Positions 23,795-33,556 of a stretch of 40,002 nt of DNA are shown one piece after another. The notes beneath the pieces were generated by a model. That model did not search any database and was not told where the DNA came from. It saw only the letters and a list, made by a program, of their open reading frames with translations. The translations under genes and the position numbers were made by a program. How positions within the stretch are numbered: the stretch's first letter is position 1; each line of letters opens with the position of its first letter. The DNA is from Bdellovibrionales bacterium (GTDB lineage: Bacteria; Bdellovibrionota; Bdellovibrionia; Bdellovibrionales; JAGQZY01): positions 1 through 40,002 of the forward strand of contig JANPLN010000034.1 of the NCBI GenBank assembly GCA_031426555.1, read 5' to 3'.

Positions 23795-24772
23795 ATGCTA
23801 TTTAGGATTTTTCTTCTTGGATTATTTTTACCATCTTTGGCACCCGCACAACTTATCCAGTCGCTAAACATCATCAAAGAAATACCGAAATATCCCGGCT
23901 ATCTTTATAAACCTAACGATAACAACTCACATCCTGCAATTATTCTTCTTCACGGTAGCGAAGGTGGAAATGGAGATTTCTGGTATCAGCCAAGTAAAAA
24001 ACCCACCAAAACAGGCGCAAATGGTTTAGTCCCGTACATGGCGAGATACTACGCCACACTCGGGTATGTGGCCTATGCGATATGCTACTTTGATTGTAAG
24101 CACCATCAAGGCTATTCATCCTACCCGCCGGATGATCTAAAGAATGTTGATATCATCAATATCACTCATAAAGCTTTGGCTTGGCTGAAACATTCGGAAT
24201 ATGTAGAAAACAAGAAAATTATTTTGTGGGGAGCTTCGCGAGGCGCAGAACAAGCTCTACTTCTTGCGAGTCTTTTGCCTGAATTGCAAAAGACCGACAC
24301 TTCTCTAGTTATTCCTGATGGCGTGATTTCACTTTCACCAATCGAAAGAATTCGTCCCGCTTTACCGCAAAACGTAGCCGACGCGATCATTGCTGGTGTT
24401 AAACCGCAATTCTCTGGAAATGGCGTCGCCTGGACGATCAAGGGTTCTTCAGTTAAAAATTTGAGCGTTATCAACATTCAGGCGATGAAAGGCCCAGTCC
24501 TTGTTACTTTTTTTATAACTGATCCAGTATGGAATCACTCTGATATTACCGTTTTAAAAAATCAGTTTGGCCCCGAAAGTTTAGTAGACATTTCTTTCGC
24601 TCCAACGGACAAAGCGGACGACAAAAAGCAGCAACTTCCAACAAAGTTTCCACGAGCAACATTTGTTGAATATCAATCGACCGGTCACGTCTACCCTTCG
24701 CCAACGAGTCAAGAGTCGAAGTTTCTAGATATGACATTGAAATCGTTTATGCATGATATTTTGATAAGATAG
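23795..24772 (+). CDS. Secreted alpha/beta hydrolase (BAAT / acyl-CoA thioesterase-like)
   Basis: Signal peptide; LLHGSEGG, GASRGAE nucleophile elbow, DPVW, TGH. Confidence 0.8.
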   Translation: MLFRIFLLGLFLPSLAPAQLIQSLNIIKEIPKYPGYLYKPNDNNSHPAIILLHGSEGGNGDFWYQPSKKPTKTGANGLVPYMARYYATLGYVAYAICYFDCKHHQGYSSYPPDDLKNVDIINITHKALAWLKHSEYVENKKIILWGASRGAEQALLLASLLPELQKTDTSLVIPDGVISLSPIERIRPALPQNVADAIIAGVKPQFSGNGVAWTIKGSSVKNLSVINIQAMKGPVLVTFFITDPVWNHSDITVLKNQFGPESLVDISFAPTDKADDKKQQLPTKFPRATFVEYQSTGHVYPSPTSQESKFLDMTLKSFMHDILIR

Positions 24773-24914
24773 CTTGAGGTTATACCCTGTCTGCTGCAAT
24801 CAAATCATATCGGATCAAAAATGCAATACGAAGCAGGTATCTCCCCGCCGCGAGTGTCGGTATTCCTTTCTTTAAGCAGACTTATTTTAAGTTTGTTCAA
24901 CAAAAGGAGAATTT

Positions 24915-25349
24915 ATGAAAAGGTTTCTGTTCGGTTTAGTGATTCTAATTTCTGTAGTGGCAAACGCTGGTGGCAGCGGCGAAGGCTCTGTTCACACCAC
25001 GGTTCTTAACTGCAGCCGCCTTTCACCCGTGCAAGAGGGCGAAGCCTCTGCAAGCCTGCACTTGTCTAGCGGCCTTTTAAAGATGGGATTTTCTAACCAC
25101 GTTAACGACTTTAACGTGTCGTTTGAGCCCATTAAAGTCATTTCAAGTCTGCAAGAGATTTCTGAATTGAAAGTTAAGAACGGCCTGATCGTTGTAGAGT
25201 CTCTCAACAGAAATTTGAGCATCACCCTCGATCCCATCGATATCCTTGCAAGCTCCGGAACGGTTATTGGTCAGCTGGAAGTGAACGGGCAATCAATGCA
25301 AGGTAGTTGCAGCGTAGACCTTAACAATTTAAGATTAGCCCTTAAATAA
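24915..25349 (+). CDS. Hypothetical secreted protein
   Basis: AGGAGA SD; signal peptide ending ANA; two Cys near the ends of the mature chain. Confidence 0.7.
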   Translation: MKRFLFGLVILISVVANAGGSGEGSVHTTVLNCSRLSPVQEGEASASLHLSSGLLKMGFSNHVNDFNVSFEPIKVISSLQEISELKVKNGLIVVESLNRNLSITLDPIDILASSGTVIGQLEVNGQSMQGSCSVDLNNLRLALK

Positions 25350-25491
25350 TCGCAAGCAACGAAGGTAGATGTCTTCTGCCTTCGTTTGTTCAAACTCAGT
25401 CGAATTGTCGTACATAAATCGTAATATTTTCAGGGTTAAATAAAGCACAAATAGCTGTCGTGAAATGCTGTTTAGTGTTACATACACATCC

Positions 25492-25749
25492 ATGAAAGAT
25501 TTCACTCCTCCACAGCCCGAAAAATCCTTCCGCATCACCCTGGAATTGGATCGTGCACAAAGCCGCTTGGATTCGTGCCTGCTTGCAGCCATGAAAGCGC
25601 AAACTCAGCAACCATTGCTCAGTCAAATGAGTCGCAGTAAATTTAAACATTTGTTTAACAGCGGCCATGTCCTGATCAAAGGCCAGCGCGCTAAGCCCAC
25701 CTCAAGCCTTGCAAAGGGCACCACCTATGTGGATATTTTAGGTTTCTAA
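25492..25749 (+). CDS. Stand-alone S4-like RNA-binding domain protein
   Basis: RLDSCL..SRSKFKHLFNSGHVLIKGQRAKPTSSLAKG matches the S4 pattern. Confidence 0.75.
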   Translation: MKDFTPPQPEKSFRITLELDRAQSRLDSCLLAAMKAQTQQPLLSQMSRSKFKHLFNSGHVLIKGQRAKPTSSLAKGTTYVDILGF

Positions 25750-25764
25750 GCTGGAGTGCATTGC

Positions 25765-25959
25765 ATGAGCGAACAACGATTGATCGACTTAGAAACTAAA
25801 ATTTCGTTTCAAGAAGTGCTGATCGAAGATCTGCAAAAAGTGGTCAACGACCAATACCTCTCGCTTGAAAAAATCGAAAAAAATATGCAGGTTTTAACTG
25901 AAAAGTTAAAAACCAGCGATTCGTCTTTGCCGCAAAACGAGAAACCACCCCACTACTAA
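25765..25959 (+). CDS. slyX: SlyX family protein
   Basis: RLIDLETKISFQE and C-terminal EKPPHY; GGAG SD. Confidence 0.92.
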   Translation: MSEQRLIDLETKISFQEVLIEDLQKVVNDQYLSLEKIEKNMQVLTEKLKTSDSSLPQNEKPPHY

Positions 25960-26606
25960 TGGGTCAAATCCCGGTTCTCTTTCATGATAACAATATTTTA
26001 GTTGTGAATAAGCCTGCTGGACTTTCCGTTCACAACAATGAAGATCCGCAAAATTTATTACAAGTTCTCGAAAAACAATTAAACTTGCAGCAAAAGATGC
26101 TCCCCGTGCACCGCCTGGACAAAGAAACCAGCGGCGTGCAGATTTTAGCTCTCAACCCGAAGAATGCGGCCCTTTGGGCCAAACAGTTCGAAGACAAACT
26201 TACGCGCAAGATTTATAGCGGTGTTTTAAAAGGCACCCTCAAAGACGCTGCTGGAACATGGAACCGTCCACTCACCGACAAGGCCGAGGGACGAAAAAAT
26301 CCCCAAGGACTTTCTAAAAGCCGAATTCCGTGCGAAACCCAATTTAAGACTATTAAAACCAACTCCTATTTTACCTTGTGTGAATTCCATTTGATTACCG
26401 GTCGTCAGCACCAGATTCGCAAGCATGCGGCTTTGGATAACCATGCCATTGTGGGTGATCCTCGTTATAACGACCCTAAATATAACGAAAAAATTGCAAA
26501 ACTTTATTCGCAAACGCGAATGTTTTTACATTGCTCCCGCGTGGAGATTTTATCCTCCACATTCGTTGCTGAAACGCCTATAGAATTTACTGCGTTGTTT
26601 AATTAG
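25959..26606 (+). CDS. RluA-family pseudouridine synthase (catalytic domain only)
   Basis: VVNKPAGL, VHRLDKETSG, TGRQHQIRKH, IVGD.RY, FLH. Confidence 0.92.
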   Translation: MGQIPVLFHDNNILVVNKPAGLSVHNNEDPQNLLQVLEKQLNLQQKMLPVHRLDKETSGVQILALNPKNAALWAKQFEDKLTRKIYSGVLKGTLKDAAGTWNRPLTDKAEGRKNPQGLSKSRIPCETQFKTIKTNSYFTLCEFHLITGRQHQIRKHAALDNHAIVGDPRYNDPKYNEKIAKLYSQTRMFLHCSRVEILSSTFVAETPIEFTALFN

Positions 26607-26620
26607 TCATCGGGGGTTTT

Positions 26621-27244
26621 ATGTTGCGAGTGGGTTTGGGGTTTTTAATTTTTTTCGGCTTTTTACAATCGTACGCTTGTGATCTTCAGATACGAAAAAC
26701 AGCAAACCCGATCAATCAGCAAACACAGCACGAAAATCTCTGCCTCAACGATTACTTTGCCAATCGGGATTTAGCTTTTCACAGCATCAGCATCAATTCC
26801 ATGCAGTTTTTAATGAGCAAAAGCCCTACAACCATGCAATACGACGATATGATTCTTTTTGATCTCCCTGCGCAAACGGTAAAGCCCCTGGGCGACGCTG
26901 GTCGGCTTGCTGTAGTCAAAATCATACTGTCGGCCTACTTTAGCAGTCTGCGAAATGAGTTTGGTGCCTGTTCGCTAGCGCTCTATGACGGAGCAAAGGC
27001 TCTAACCATCGACGATTTTAAATTATCTGCTCGCAACATCGAAGGCCAACCCGGAACTCGTCTGATGCTCACCAAAGATGATGTTGCAGATCCTGCTTGG
27101 GAAATGACGTGTCCCACGGAATCAGGTTCGCAGAGCGTGGCTAAAAGTGGAAAATACTTTTTTATCTTTGCGGACGTGCACGAAAATATGTCGATTTCAA
27201 CGACGACAACCCATTATTCGCAGTTCGTGTTCAGCCTCCACTAA
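26621..27244 (+). CDS. Hypothetical secreted protein
   Basis: GGGGG SD; signal peptide ending SYA-C; 207 aa. Confidence 0.65.
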   Translation: MLRVGLGFLIFFGFLQSYACDLQIRKTANPINQQTQHENLCLNDYFANRDLAFHSISINSMQFLMSKSPTTMQYDDMILFDLPAQTVKPLGDAGRLAVVKIILSAYFSSLRNEFGACSLALYDGAKALTIDDFKLSARNIEGQPGTRLMLTKDDVADPAWEMTCPTESGSQSVAKSGKYFFIFADVHENMSISTTTTHYSQFVFSLH

Positions 27245-27268
27245 TTCATTCCCGCAAAGAAAGCGCTG

Positions 27269-28747
27269 CTACGTGAGCGCTTCTTGAATGGGACTGTAAA
27301 AGCGACTACTAAAGCGGTGGTTAGCTCCATAGCCCGTATACAAGCCAAAGCCTCGACCATCAGGCGTTGCAAAAGCATACTCCGACGGAGGAATTCCCAT
27401 CAGATGAAAAAGTGTAATTAAAAAACTGTTGTAAGGGTAATCGCTGCCCTGCACATTCATATTGTAATAACGGCCCGAGCGAAGTGCCCCGCCCATGTTT
27501 CCAATGAGAATCTGCTGCGAGTCGTATCCACCGTGGCCCCCGTCGTTCCCTGCTTGATTGGGATGGCAGGCGCCGGTGGTGATCATGCCCGTGATCATAT
27601 TTTCCAAGTAGGTTTTACCGGAGCTTCCTTCCATCTGATCCAGAGGAGCTAAAAAGTTATCAGCAATCATATTTGCAAGGTATCGGTACCAGGTCTGGAA
27701 GGCACGCAGTTGGATAGCCGCACCCTGCCCGCCGTGGATGGCACCATGAAAATCACTGACTCCGAGGTTAGGAATCCATTGAGGGTCGTGACTGTCAAAC
27801 ATTAGAGTTCCAAATTTCGTCAGTCCGCAACGGAAAGCCACCGCCAAAAGATTGAGATACACACGATTAAATTCCGTGGGAGTTCCACCGATACCTCCGG
27901 GGGCCGCGGGTTGCGAACAGCTGATCTGTTGTTGATTTTGCGACAACGATGCAAAATTCCTTTGTAGATCAGATAAAAGATCCATATGCGTTGTCACTCG
28001 CTGCCGATCTTCAGAAGAAATCCTCCGATTGCCATTGAACGACGAATAAGAGCCCATCACACGATTGAGAATGTTGGATTTAAACTGATTGGTTAAATCG
28101 TTCACCGGGGCTGTACCACCGGTTAAAGAGCCAAACACATCGGTATAGAAACGCTCGATCTGACTGCCTTCATACATCGGCGGCCGAATGATACTACTAC
28201 CCACTTTGTGATTGAAAATATTTTCGCCGCCAAGACTAATTCGGATGGCTTTGCGAACACTCGTTGGTGTTCCCGTGGGATACAAAGTTTGCGAGTTTTC
28301 GAAAACCTGATCCGCAGTGGGTCGTTGATAATCGGCGGAGTTGCGCGAGGAGCCGACAGCAGAAAGATACATGTCTCCGTGGCAACCGTTCCACCCGTCT
28401 TGTTGGAAACCTCGCATGTAGGTCATCAGGCCCGCATTTTTTAACACCTCATAACGAGGGTTGGCGAAGGCGTAAGAGTGCGAAGCAATCGGCCCCATCG
28501 ACGTTAAATTAACATCGCGGATGCCTAAGCTGCCAACGGCCGAAATGGCCACAGATTTTTGTGGCCAGATCTCGTTCAAATTGCAATGCTCAAATAAAAA
28601 TAACATGGATCGTTTTGGCGGAGTTGCCATTTGCTGAGCCAGCGCGGTGTCGGTGATTAAGCTGGGAAGAAATGGCAGCGTAAGGAGTGCTTTTCCGCTT
28701 CCAACTAAAAACTGACGTCGTGTTTTAGGGCAAAAGTAAATACTCAT
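27269..28747 (-). CDS. DUF1552-family protein with Tat-like signal
   Basis: TRRQFLVG.G..L.LPFLPSL, HMDLL.DL, AFRCGLT, GKTYLEN, GGALRSGRY, NSFLITLF; AAGGAG SD. Confidence 0.8.
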   Translation of the reverse strand: MSIYFCPKTRRQFLVGSGKALLTLPFLPSLITDTALAQQMATPPKRSMLFLFEHCNLNEIWPQKSVAISAVGSLGIRDVNLTSMGPIASHSYAFANPRYEVLKNAGLMTYMRGFQQDGWNGCHGDMYLSAVGSSRNSADYQRPTADQVFENSQTLYPTGTPTSVRKAIRISLGGENIFNHKVGSSIIRPPMYEGSQIERFYTDVFGSLTGGTAPVNDLTNQFKSNILNRVMGSYSSFNGNRRISSEDRQRVTTHMDLLSDLQRNFASLSQNQQQISCSQPAAPGGIGGTPTEFNRVYLNLLAVAFRCGLTKFGTLMFDSHDPQWIPNLGVSDFHGAIHGGQGAAIQLRAFQTWYRYLANMIADNFLAPLDQMEGSSGKTYLENMITGMITTGACHPNQAGNDGGHGGYDSQQILIGNMGGALRSGRYYNMNVQGSDYPYNSFLITLFHLMGIPPSEYAFATPDGRGFGLYTGYGANHRFSSRFYSPIQEALT

Positions 28748-28756
28748 GCTGACTCC

Positions 28757-30739
28757 TTAAAAATTCCACTGCTTAAATTGTTCTGACATAATAAAGTTTT
28801 TGATGGCCGATTTGATGCTTCCCTGGTTTTGGTTAGCACCATGTAAAGTTGTCACGATATCGTTCATGTGGCAGTTGTCTGAGGCGTCGGCCGGTCGGCG
28901 GGATTCGAAGGATTTTAAATGCTTCGCAAAGCACAGCATGGCTTTGTCGCTCTTTCCAATCTCGTCTGCTAAATCCATTGAGTTGGAATAGCGCACTGGC
29001 TGGATTCCTAAATCGCTGGTTTCGGCTTGCGTGGCCACAGGCACCTGACCCAACAACGTATTATTCACATCGTAAATGGATTCCACAGTTCGCAGTCGGC
29101 CTAAGGTATCAAAGCTTTCGAAGGCATAACCGAGAGGGTTTATCCGGCCGTGACAAGTGACGCAAGCAGAGCCTGCGATGGCAGTCACTCTGTGGGTGAC
29201 TTCACGAGTGGATAGGAGTTGTGTGCCCAGGTCTGGCAACGCCGTAGGCGCATTTGGAGGTGGAAGTCCAACACTCGAACAAAGAACGTTTTCTAAAACA
29301 ACCAGTCCGCGTTTGATCGGTGAGGCTCGCACGCCGGTACGTTTGGTGAGCAGGGCTGCGCGATTTAAAAAGCCGCTGCGTTCTGAAGGCAATTGCACAC
29401 TTCCGGTCGAAGACCCGTAAATTTGCGCGAGCGATGCATTTGAAATCTGCGCTCGTCGCGATGTCAATAACTGCGAAAAGGTCGAGTTTTGTGTGATCAC
29501 TTCATTTTGAAAATACTGATCCAACTCGTCGATCATTGCCGTCTGAAGACCATTGGTATTGATGCCCTCCAAATAAAAACTCGGATAGGAAAAATTCCCA
29601 AAGACATCGTAGCCATAGGATTCGCGGAACAATCGCACCATAACTTCGCGCGAGCGGGTCGTGCTGAGTAAACGCTCGATCTGCTGATCGAGAATCGCAT
29701 TGGTTAAAATTTCGCCAGACGCCGCAAGATTCCGTAGCGTACTATCCGGAGGAGCTCCGGTAAGAAAGTAAGATAATTTCGCAGCGACTTCATGGGCTGT
29801 CAATTGAAGAGAGTTTGGTGCCGCTGGAAACTGTTGCCCACGGTCGTAAACTTTGTACAAAAAATCAGGCGATTGAAAGATTCCCGTGATTGTCATTTCC
29901 AACACGTTCACCTTCGACAACGATGCATCCCAAAAACGACTGGCAATGGAGGTCACCTCGGTCGAAGTGAGTGGACGGCGAAAGGCAATGGCCCCAAGCT
30001 CACGAACTAAACTTTGCTGACATGCCGCTGTGATCGTTCCTTGCCCCAAACAGCCATTGGTGTTTGGGAAAGTACTTAATGTGGACGAGTTAGCAATGAG
30101 ACTTGCCGCACGAAAAGTCACATCAAACGAAGCCGCCACCACATTCTGATTTATAAAAAAAGATTGCTCTTTTCGTGTGTGATCAGTTTCCAACACGATA
30201 TCTGAAGGCATGCGTGAAAACAGATCGTTCAGCTGAGTATCACTTTTAAGACTGGTATTAACAATATCTAGGATTGATGAAATAGAATTGCGAAATTCTC
30301 GGTTGTTGAGCTTTTGCATGGCGGTTTTAGAACGTGTGCCGGGAGTGCAGGCAAACACCAAGCGCTGATTTTGATTGACGACAGCGCCGCCACCGTTCGC
30401 CTGAAATATCAGCGCTCTCGAGATATTGCGCACTTGAACAGCCGTTAAGCCCGAAAGTTGACTCATTTGCGAAATATTATCGATGGCTAAATTAATTTGT
30501 GCTTCTGTTCGACCAAGTTTTGCAGAGCTGTCGTAAGGACCATGACAACCAGCACAGTTTGTTAAATAAAGCGACTTCCCTTGCGCCACTTGATCGATGG
30601 TTTGATTTGAAAGAGATGAGTTAGAGGACGTCGATGTATGCATCGCTTTTCCGCAGTTTTGATACGGGAGCGCTGTAATAATAAAAAGTACAGTCACTTT
30701 TAATACCGAAATATAACGATTGGCATATCGATGATTCAT
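28757..30739 (-). CDS. DUF1592/DUF1588/DUF1595-family protein with N-terminal c-type cytochrome domain
   Basis: LPYQNCG signal; CAGCH; AFRRPL, QSPDFLY, AAKLSYFL..PPD, SPIKRG, CVTCH..INPLG.AFE.FD.LGR.R; start ATG 30739 with AGGGG SD. Confidence 0.82.
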   Translation of the reverse strand: MNHRYANRYISVLKVTVLFIITALPYQNCGKAMHTSTSSNSSLSNQTIDQVAQGKSLYLTNCAGCHGPYDSSAKLGRTEAQINLAIDNISQMSQLSGLTAVQVRNISRALIFQANGGGAVVNQNQRLVFACTPGTRSKTAMQKLNNREFRNSISSILDIVNTSLKSDTQLNDLFSRMPSDIVLETDHTRKEQSFFINQNVVAASFDVTFRAASLIANSSTLSTFPNTNGCLGQGTITAACQQSLVRELGAIAFRRPLTSTEVTSIASRFWDASLSKVNVLEMTITGIFQSPDFLYKVYDRGQQFPAAPNSLQLTAHEVAAKLSYFLTGAPPDSTLRNLAASGEILTNAILDQQIERLLSTTRSREVMVRLFRESYGYDVFGNFSYPSFYLEGINTNGLQTAMIDELDQYFQNEVITQNSTFSQLLTSRRAQISNASLAQIYGSSTGSVQLPSERSGFLNRAALLTKRTGVRASPIKRGLVVLENVLCSSVGLPPPNAPTALPDLGTQLLSTREVTHRVTAIAGSACVTCHGRINPLGYAFESFDTLGRLRTVESIYDVNNTLLGQVPVATQAETSDLGIQPVRYSNSMDLADEIGKSDKAMLCFAKHLKSFESRRPADASDNCHMNDIVTTLHGANQNQGSIKSAIKNFIMSEQFKQWNF

Positions 30740-30968
30740 AATCCCCTGTCTACTAGAAGCAGTCTTTATTATAAGTTTGCTTAATAAAAAGGCAAACCAG
30801 CACAATGGCCGGTCCTAGGATGAAACAAAAAGTGCCTCATAGTTCTCACTTTGAAACGTCGAAATCCCAGCAAAGTACTGTGCAAGTGAAGAAATCTCCA
30901 TAGGACTTTGGCACTGTAACTGAGTAGTCTTTCAAACGATTATTAACTTTTTACAAGGATTGAACGCT

Positions 30969-31487
30969 ATGAGCACACAGAATCAAACCGATACTACTGC
31001 CGGAAAAAACACCTACGAACGAATCATAAAGGAGTGCCCCACGGCCATGCTCAGTTCACACGATGAAATTGGCAAAATTGTGTCGCGCCCCATGCACACT
31101 ATCTTAGACACCGAAGACAACAGCACTGTTTGGATATTTACAAAGTACGAAAATAACATCTGTGAACAAATCCGAAAGAATGACGTTGTTTGCCTGTCCT
31201 ACTCGGATCCAGCTCGCAACTCCTACTTGAGCGTGGTTGGCACCGGGCTTCTCGTGAACGATAAAATAATGATGAAAAAATATTGGAGCCCGATCATGAA
31301 GGCCTGGTATCCCGAAGGCCTCGATGATCCTTCGATGATTTTAATTAAAATCACACCCCTCACCGCCGATTTTTGGGACGGCCCCAGCAGCAAAGTTGTT
31401 ACGCTGTTTGCCATCGCCGCCGCCATTATCCAGGGAAAAGAGTACGACGGCGGGGATGACTCTAAAGGAGAGGTGAGTTTTAAATGA
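30969..31487 (+). CDS. General stress protein, pyridoxamine 5'-phosphate oxidase-like (YdaG / GSP26 type)
   Basis: AML, SRPM, WIFT, YLSVVG, W.P..KAWYP.G.DDP, FWDG. Confidence 0.85.
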   Translation: MSTQNQTDTTAGKNTYERIIKECPTAMLSSHDEIGKIVSRPMHTILDTEDNSTVWIFTKYENNICEQIRKNDVVCLSYSDPARNSYLSVVGTGLLVNDKIMMKKYWSPIMKAWYPEGLDDPSMILIKITPLTADFWDGPSSKVVTLFAIAAAIIQGKEYDGGDDSKGEVSFK

Positions 31488-33556
31488 AAAAGACAAAACG
31501 CAATCCAAAAGCTGTCGCATCGATAAAACTCGAGGCGCGCTCCGACGACCAGACAACGCTGACAACAAATCAAGGCCTCCCCATTTCGGACAACCAAAAC
31601 TCTCTAAAGGTGGGAGCCCGCGGGCCAACTCTCTTAGAAGATTTTATTCTCCGTGAAAAGATCACCCATTTTGATCATGAGCGAATTCCAGAGCGCATTG
31701 TCCACGCTCGTGGTTCGGCAGCCCATGGCTTTTTTGAATTGACCAATGATATGTCGAAGTACACCAAAGCCGGTTTTCTCACCGGGCCCAAAGGAAAACG
31801 AACTCCGATCTTTGCTCGATTTTCCACCGTGCAGGGTGGCTCAAGCTCCGCCGACAGTGTTCGCGACGTGCGCGGCTTCGCAGTAAAATTTTATACAGAG
31901 CAAGGAAACTACGACTTTGTTGGGAATAATATCCCGGTCTTTTTTATTCAAGATGCGGTCAAGTTTCCCGATCTCGTTCATGCGGTAAAAATGGAACCCC
32001 ATCATGGCATGCCACAGGGAGGTTCGGCCCACGACAATTTTTGGGACTTTGTTTCGCTGATGCCCGAATCCACTCACATGCTCATGTGGGCCATGTCCGA
32101 TCGTGGCATACCGCGATCGCTGAGAATGATTCAAGGCTTCGGAGTGCATACGTTTCGTTTTATTAATGAAAAAGGCAAATCCGTTTTTGTAAAATTCCAC
32201 CTTAAGCCCGAACAGGGTGTGCACTCGTTGGTTTGGGATGAAGCGCAAAAATTAAACGGAAAAGATCCAGATTATCATCGACGTGATTTGTGGGAAGCCA
32301 TTGATCAAGGGCATTTTCCGGCCTGGCAATTTTTTGCACAAATTTTTGAGACTGACGACGGAGTTTTTAAGGGTGTGGACTTACTCGATCCAACAAAACT
32401 CATTCCCGAAGAACTCAGCCCGTTGATTCCCATGGGTCGACTTGTTTTGGATCGTAACCCTGATAATTTTTTTGCCGAAACCGAACAAGTGGCTTTCCAT
32501 CCAGGCCATGTGGTACCAGGAATCGATTTTTCAAACGACCCTCTTCTGCAAGGACGGCTTTTTTCGTACACCGACACGCAGTTATCAAGACTGGGCGGTC
32601 CCAACTTTCACGAACTCCCCATCAACCAAGCTAAGTGCCCAGTGCACAACAACCAGCGGGATGGGATCCATCGGCAGACCATCGTCACTGGACGCGTAAA
32701 TTACGAGCCCAATTCTTTGCAAAAGGGCTGCCCTATGCATTCGGCCGAAGGTTTTGCGACCTATTCCGAAAAATTGAGTGGACTGAAAGTAAGGGAGCGA
32801 CCCAATTCGTTTTCCGATCATTTCTCGCAAGCAAAAATGTTTTTCGACAGTCAGACGGAGTCCGAAAAAAACCATATCATCGAAGCGTTTTCCTTTGAGC
32901 TTACTAAAGTGGAAACACCGCACATTCGCGAACAGATCGTCAGCAATTTGGTTTTTGTCGATGAGACTCTTGCGAAAAAAGTTGCCGACAACCTCGGGCT
33001 CGATTTTAAAACAGCAAAGGCTCGCGGTCTCCCCAAAAGTACTACCTCGCCAAAATCCAGCATCAACATCAAACCGGTTGTGGCAAAAGCCGATTCTTTA
33101 AGCCTGCAAAAAAGTTTAAATATTCCATCTATCCAGTCGCGACGTATCGCACTTGTGGCGCTTGAAGACGTGGTAAAAAAAGAAGTGGACTCTGTTAAAG
33201 ATTTTTTAAAAGCCAATAAATTGTCTTGCAAGGTGATCACCTTAACGCCAGCGCAGAGGAGCGCTCTTAACGCTGATGAACTTATTCAGCAAGCGACGTC
33301 GGTGGAGTTTGATGGTTATGTGATTTTAGGAGAGCAGTTGAGCGAAAACAAAAAACTCGACGGCCTCGCGCAGGATTTTATCACCGAAGGCTTTAAACAT
33401 TTAAAAACCATGGAGTTTGTTTCGGTTGAAGCGAAGACATCATTACTTCCGTTTGCCGAGAAAAACGAAGAGGGACTTTTGGTATCCAAAGGAAAATTTA
33501 GCGCTAAGGCTTTTTTAAACGAACTTAAAAAACACAAGCACTGGGCGCGAGAATAA
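31484..33556 (+). CDS. katE: Large-subunit monofunctional catalase (HPII)
   Basis: FDHERIPERIVHARGS, RDVRGFAVKFYT, GRLFSYTDTQ; C-terminal extension; 690 aa. Confidence 0.96.
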   Translation: MKKTKRNPKAVASIKLEARSDDQTTLTTNQGLPISDNQNSLKVGARGPTLLEDFILREKITHFDHERIPERIVHARGSAAHGFFELTNDMSKYTKAGFLTGPKGKRTPIFARFSTVQGGSSSADSVRDVRGFAVKFYTEQGNYDFVGNNIPVFFIQDAVKFPDLVHAVKMEPHHGMPQGGSAHDNFWDFVSLMPESTHMLMWAMSDRGIPRSLRMIQGFGVHTFRFINEKGKSVFVKFHLKPEQGVHSLVWDEAQKLNGKDPDYHRRDLWEAIDQGHFPAWQFFAQIFETDDGVFKGVDLLDPTKLIPEELSPLIPMGRLVLDRNPDNFFAETEQVAFHPGHVVPGIDFSNDPLLQGRLFSYTDTQLSRLGGPNFHELPINQAKCPVHNNQRDGIHRQTIVTGRVNYEPNSLQKGCPMHSAEGFATYSEKLSGLKVRERPNSFSDHFSQAKMFFDSQTESEKNHIIEAFSFELTKVETPHIREQIVSNLVFVDETLAKKVADNLGLDFKTAKARGLPKSTTSPKSSINIKPVVAKADSLSLQKSLNIPSIQSRRIALVALEDVVKKEVDSVKDFLKANKLSCKVITLTPAQRSALNADELIQQATSVEFDGYVILGEQLSENKKLDGLAQDFITEGFKHLKTMEFVSVEAKTSLLPFAEKNEEGLLVSKGKFSAKAFLNELKKHKHWARE

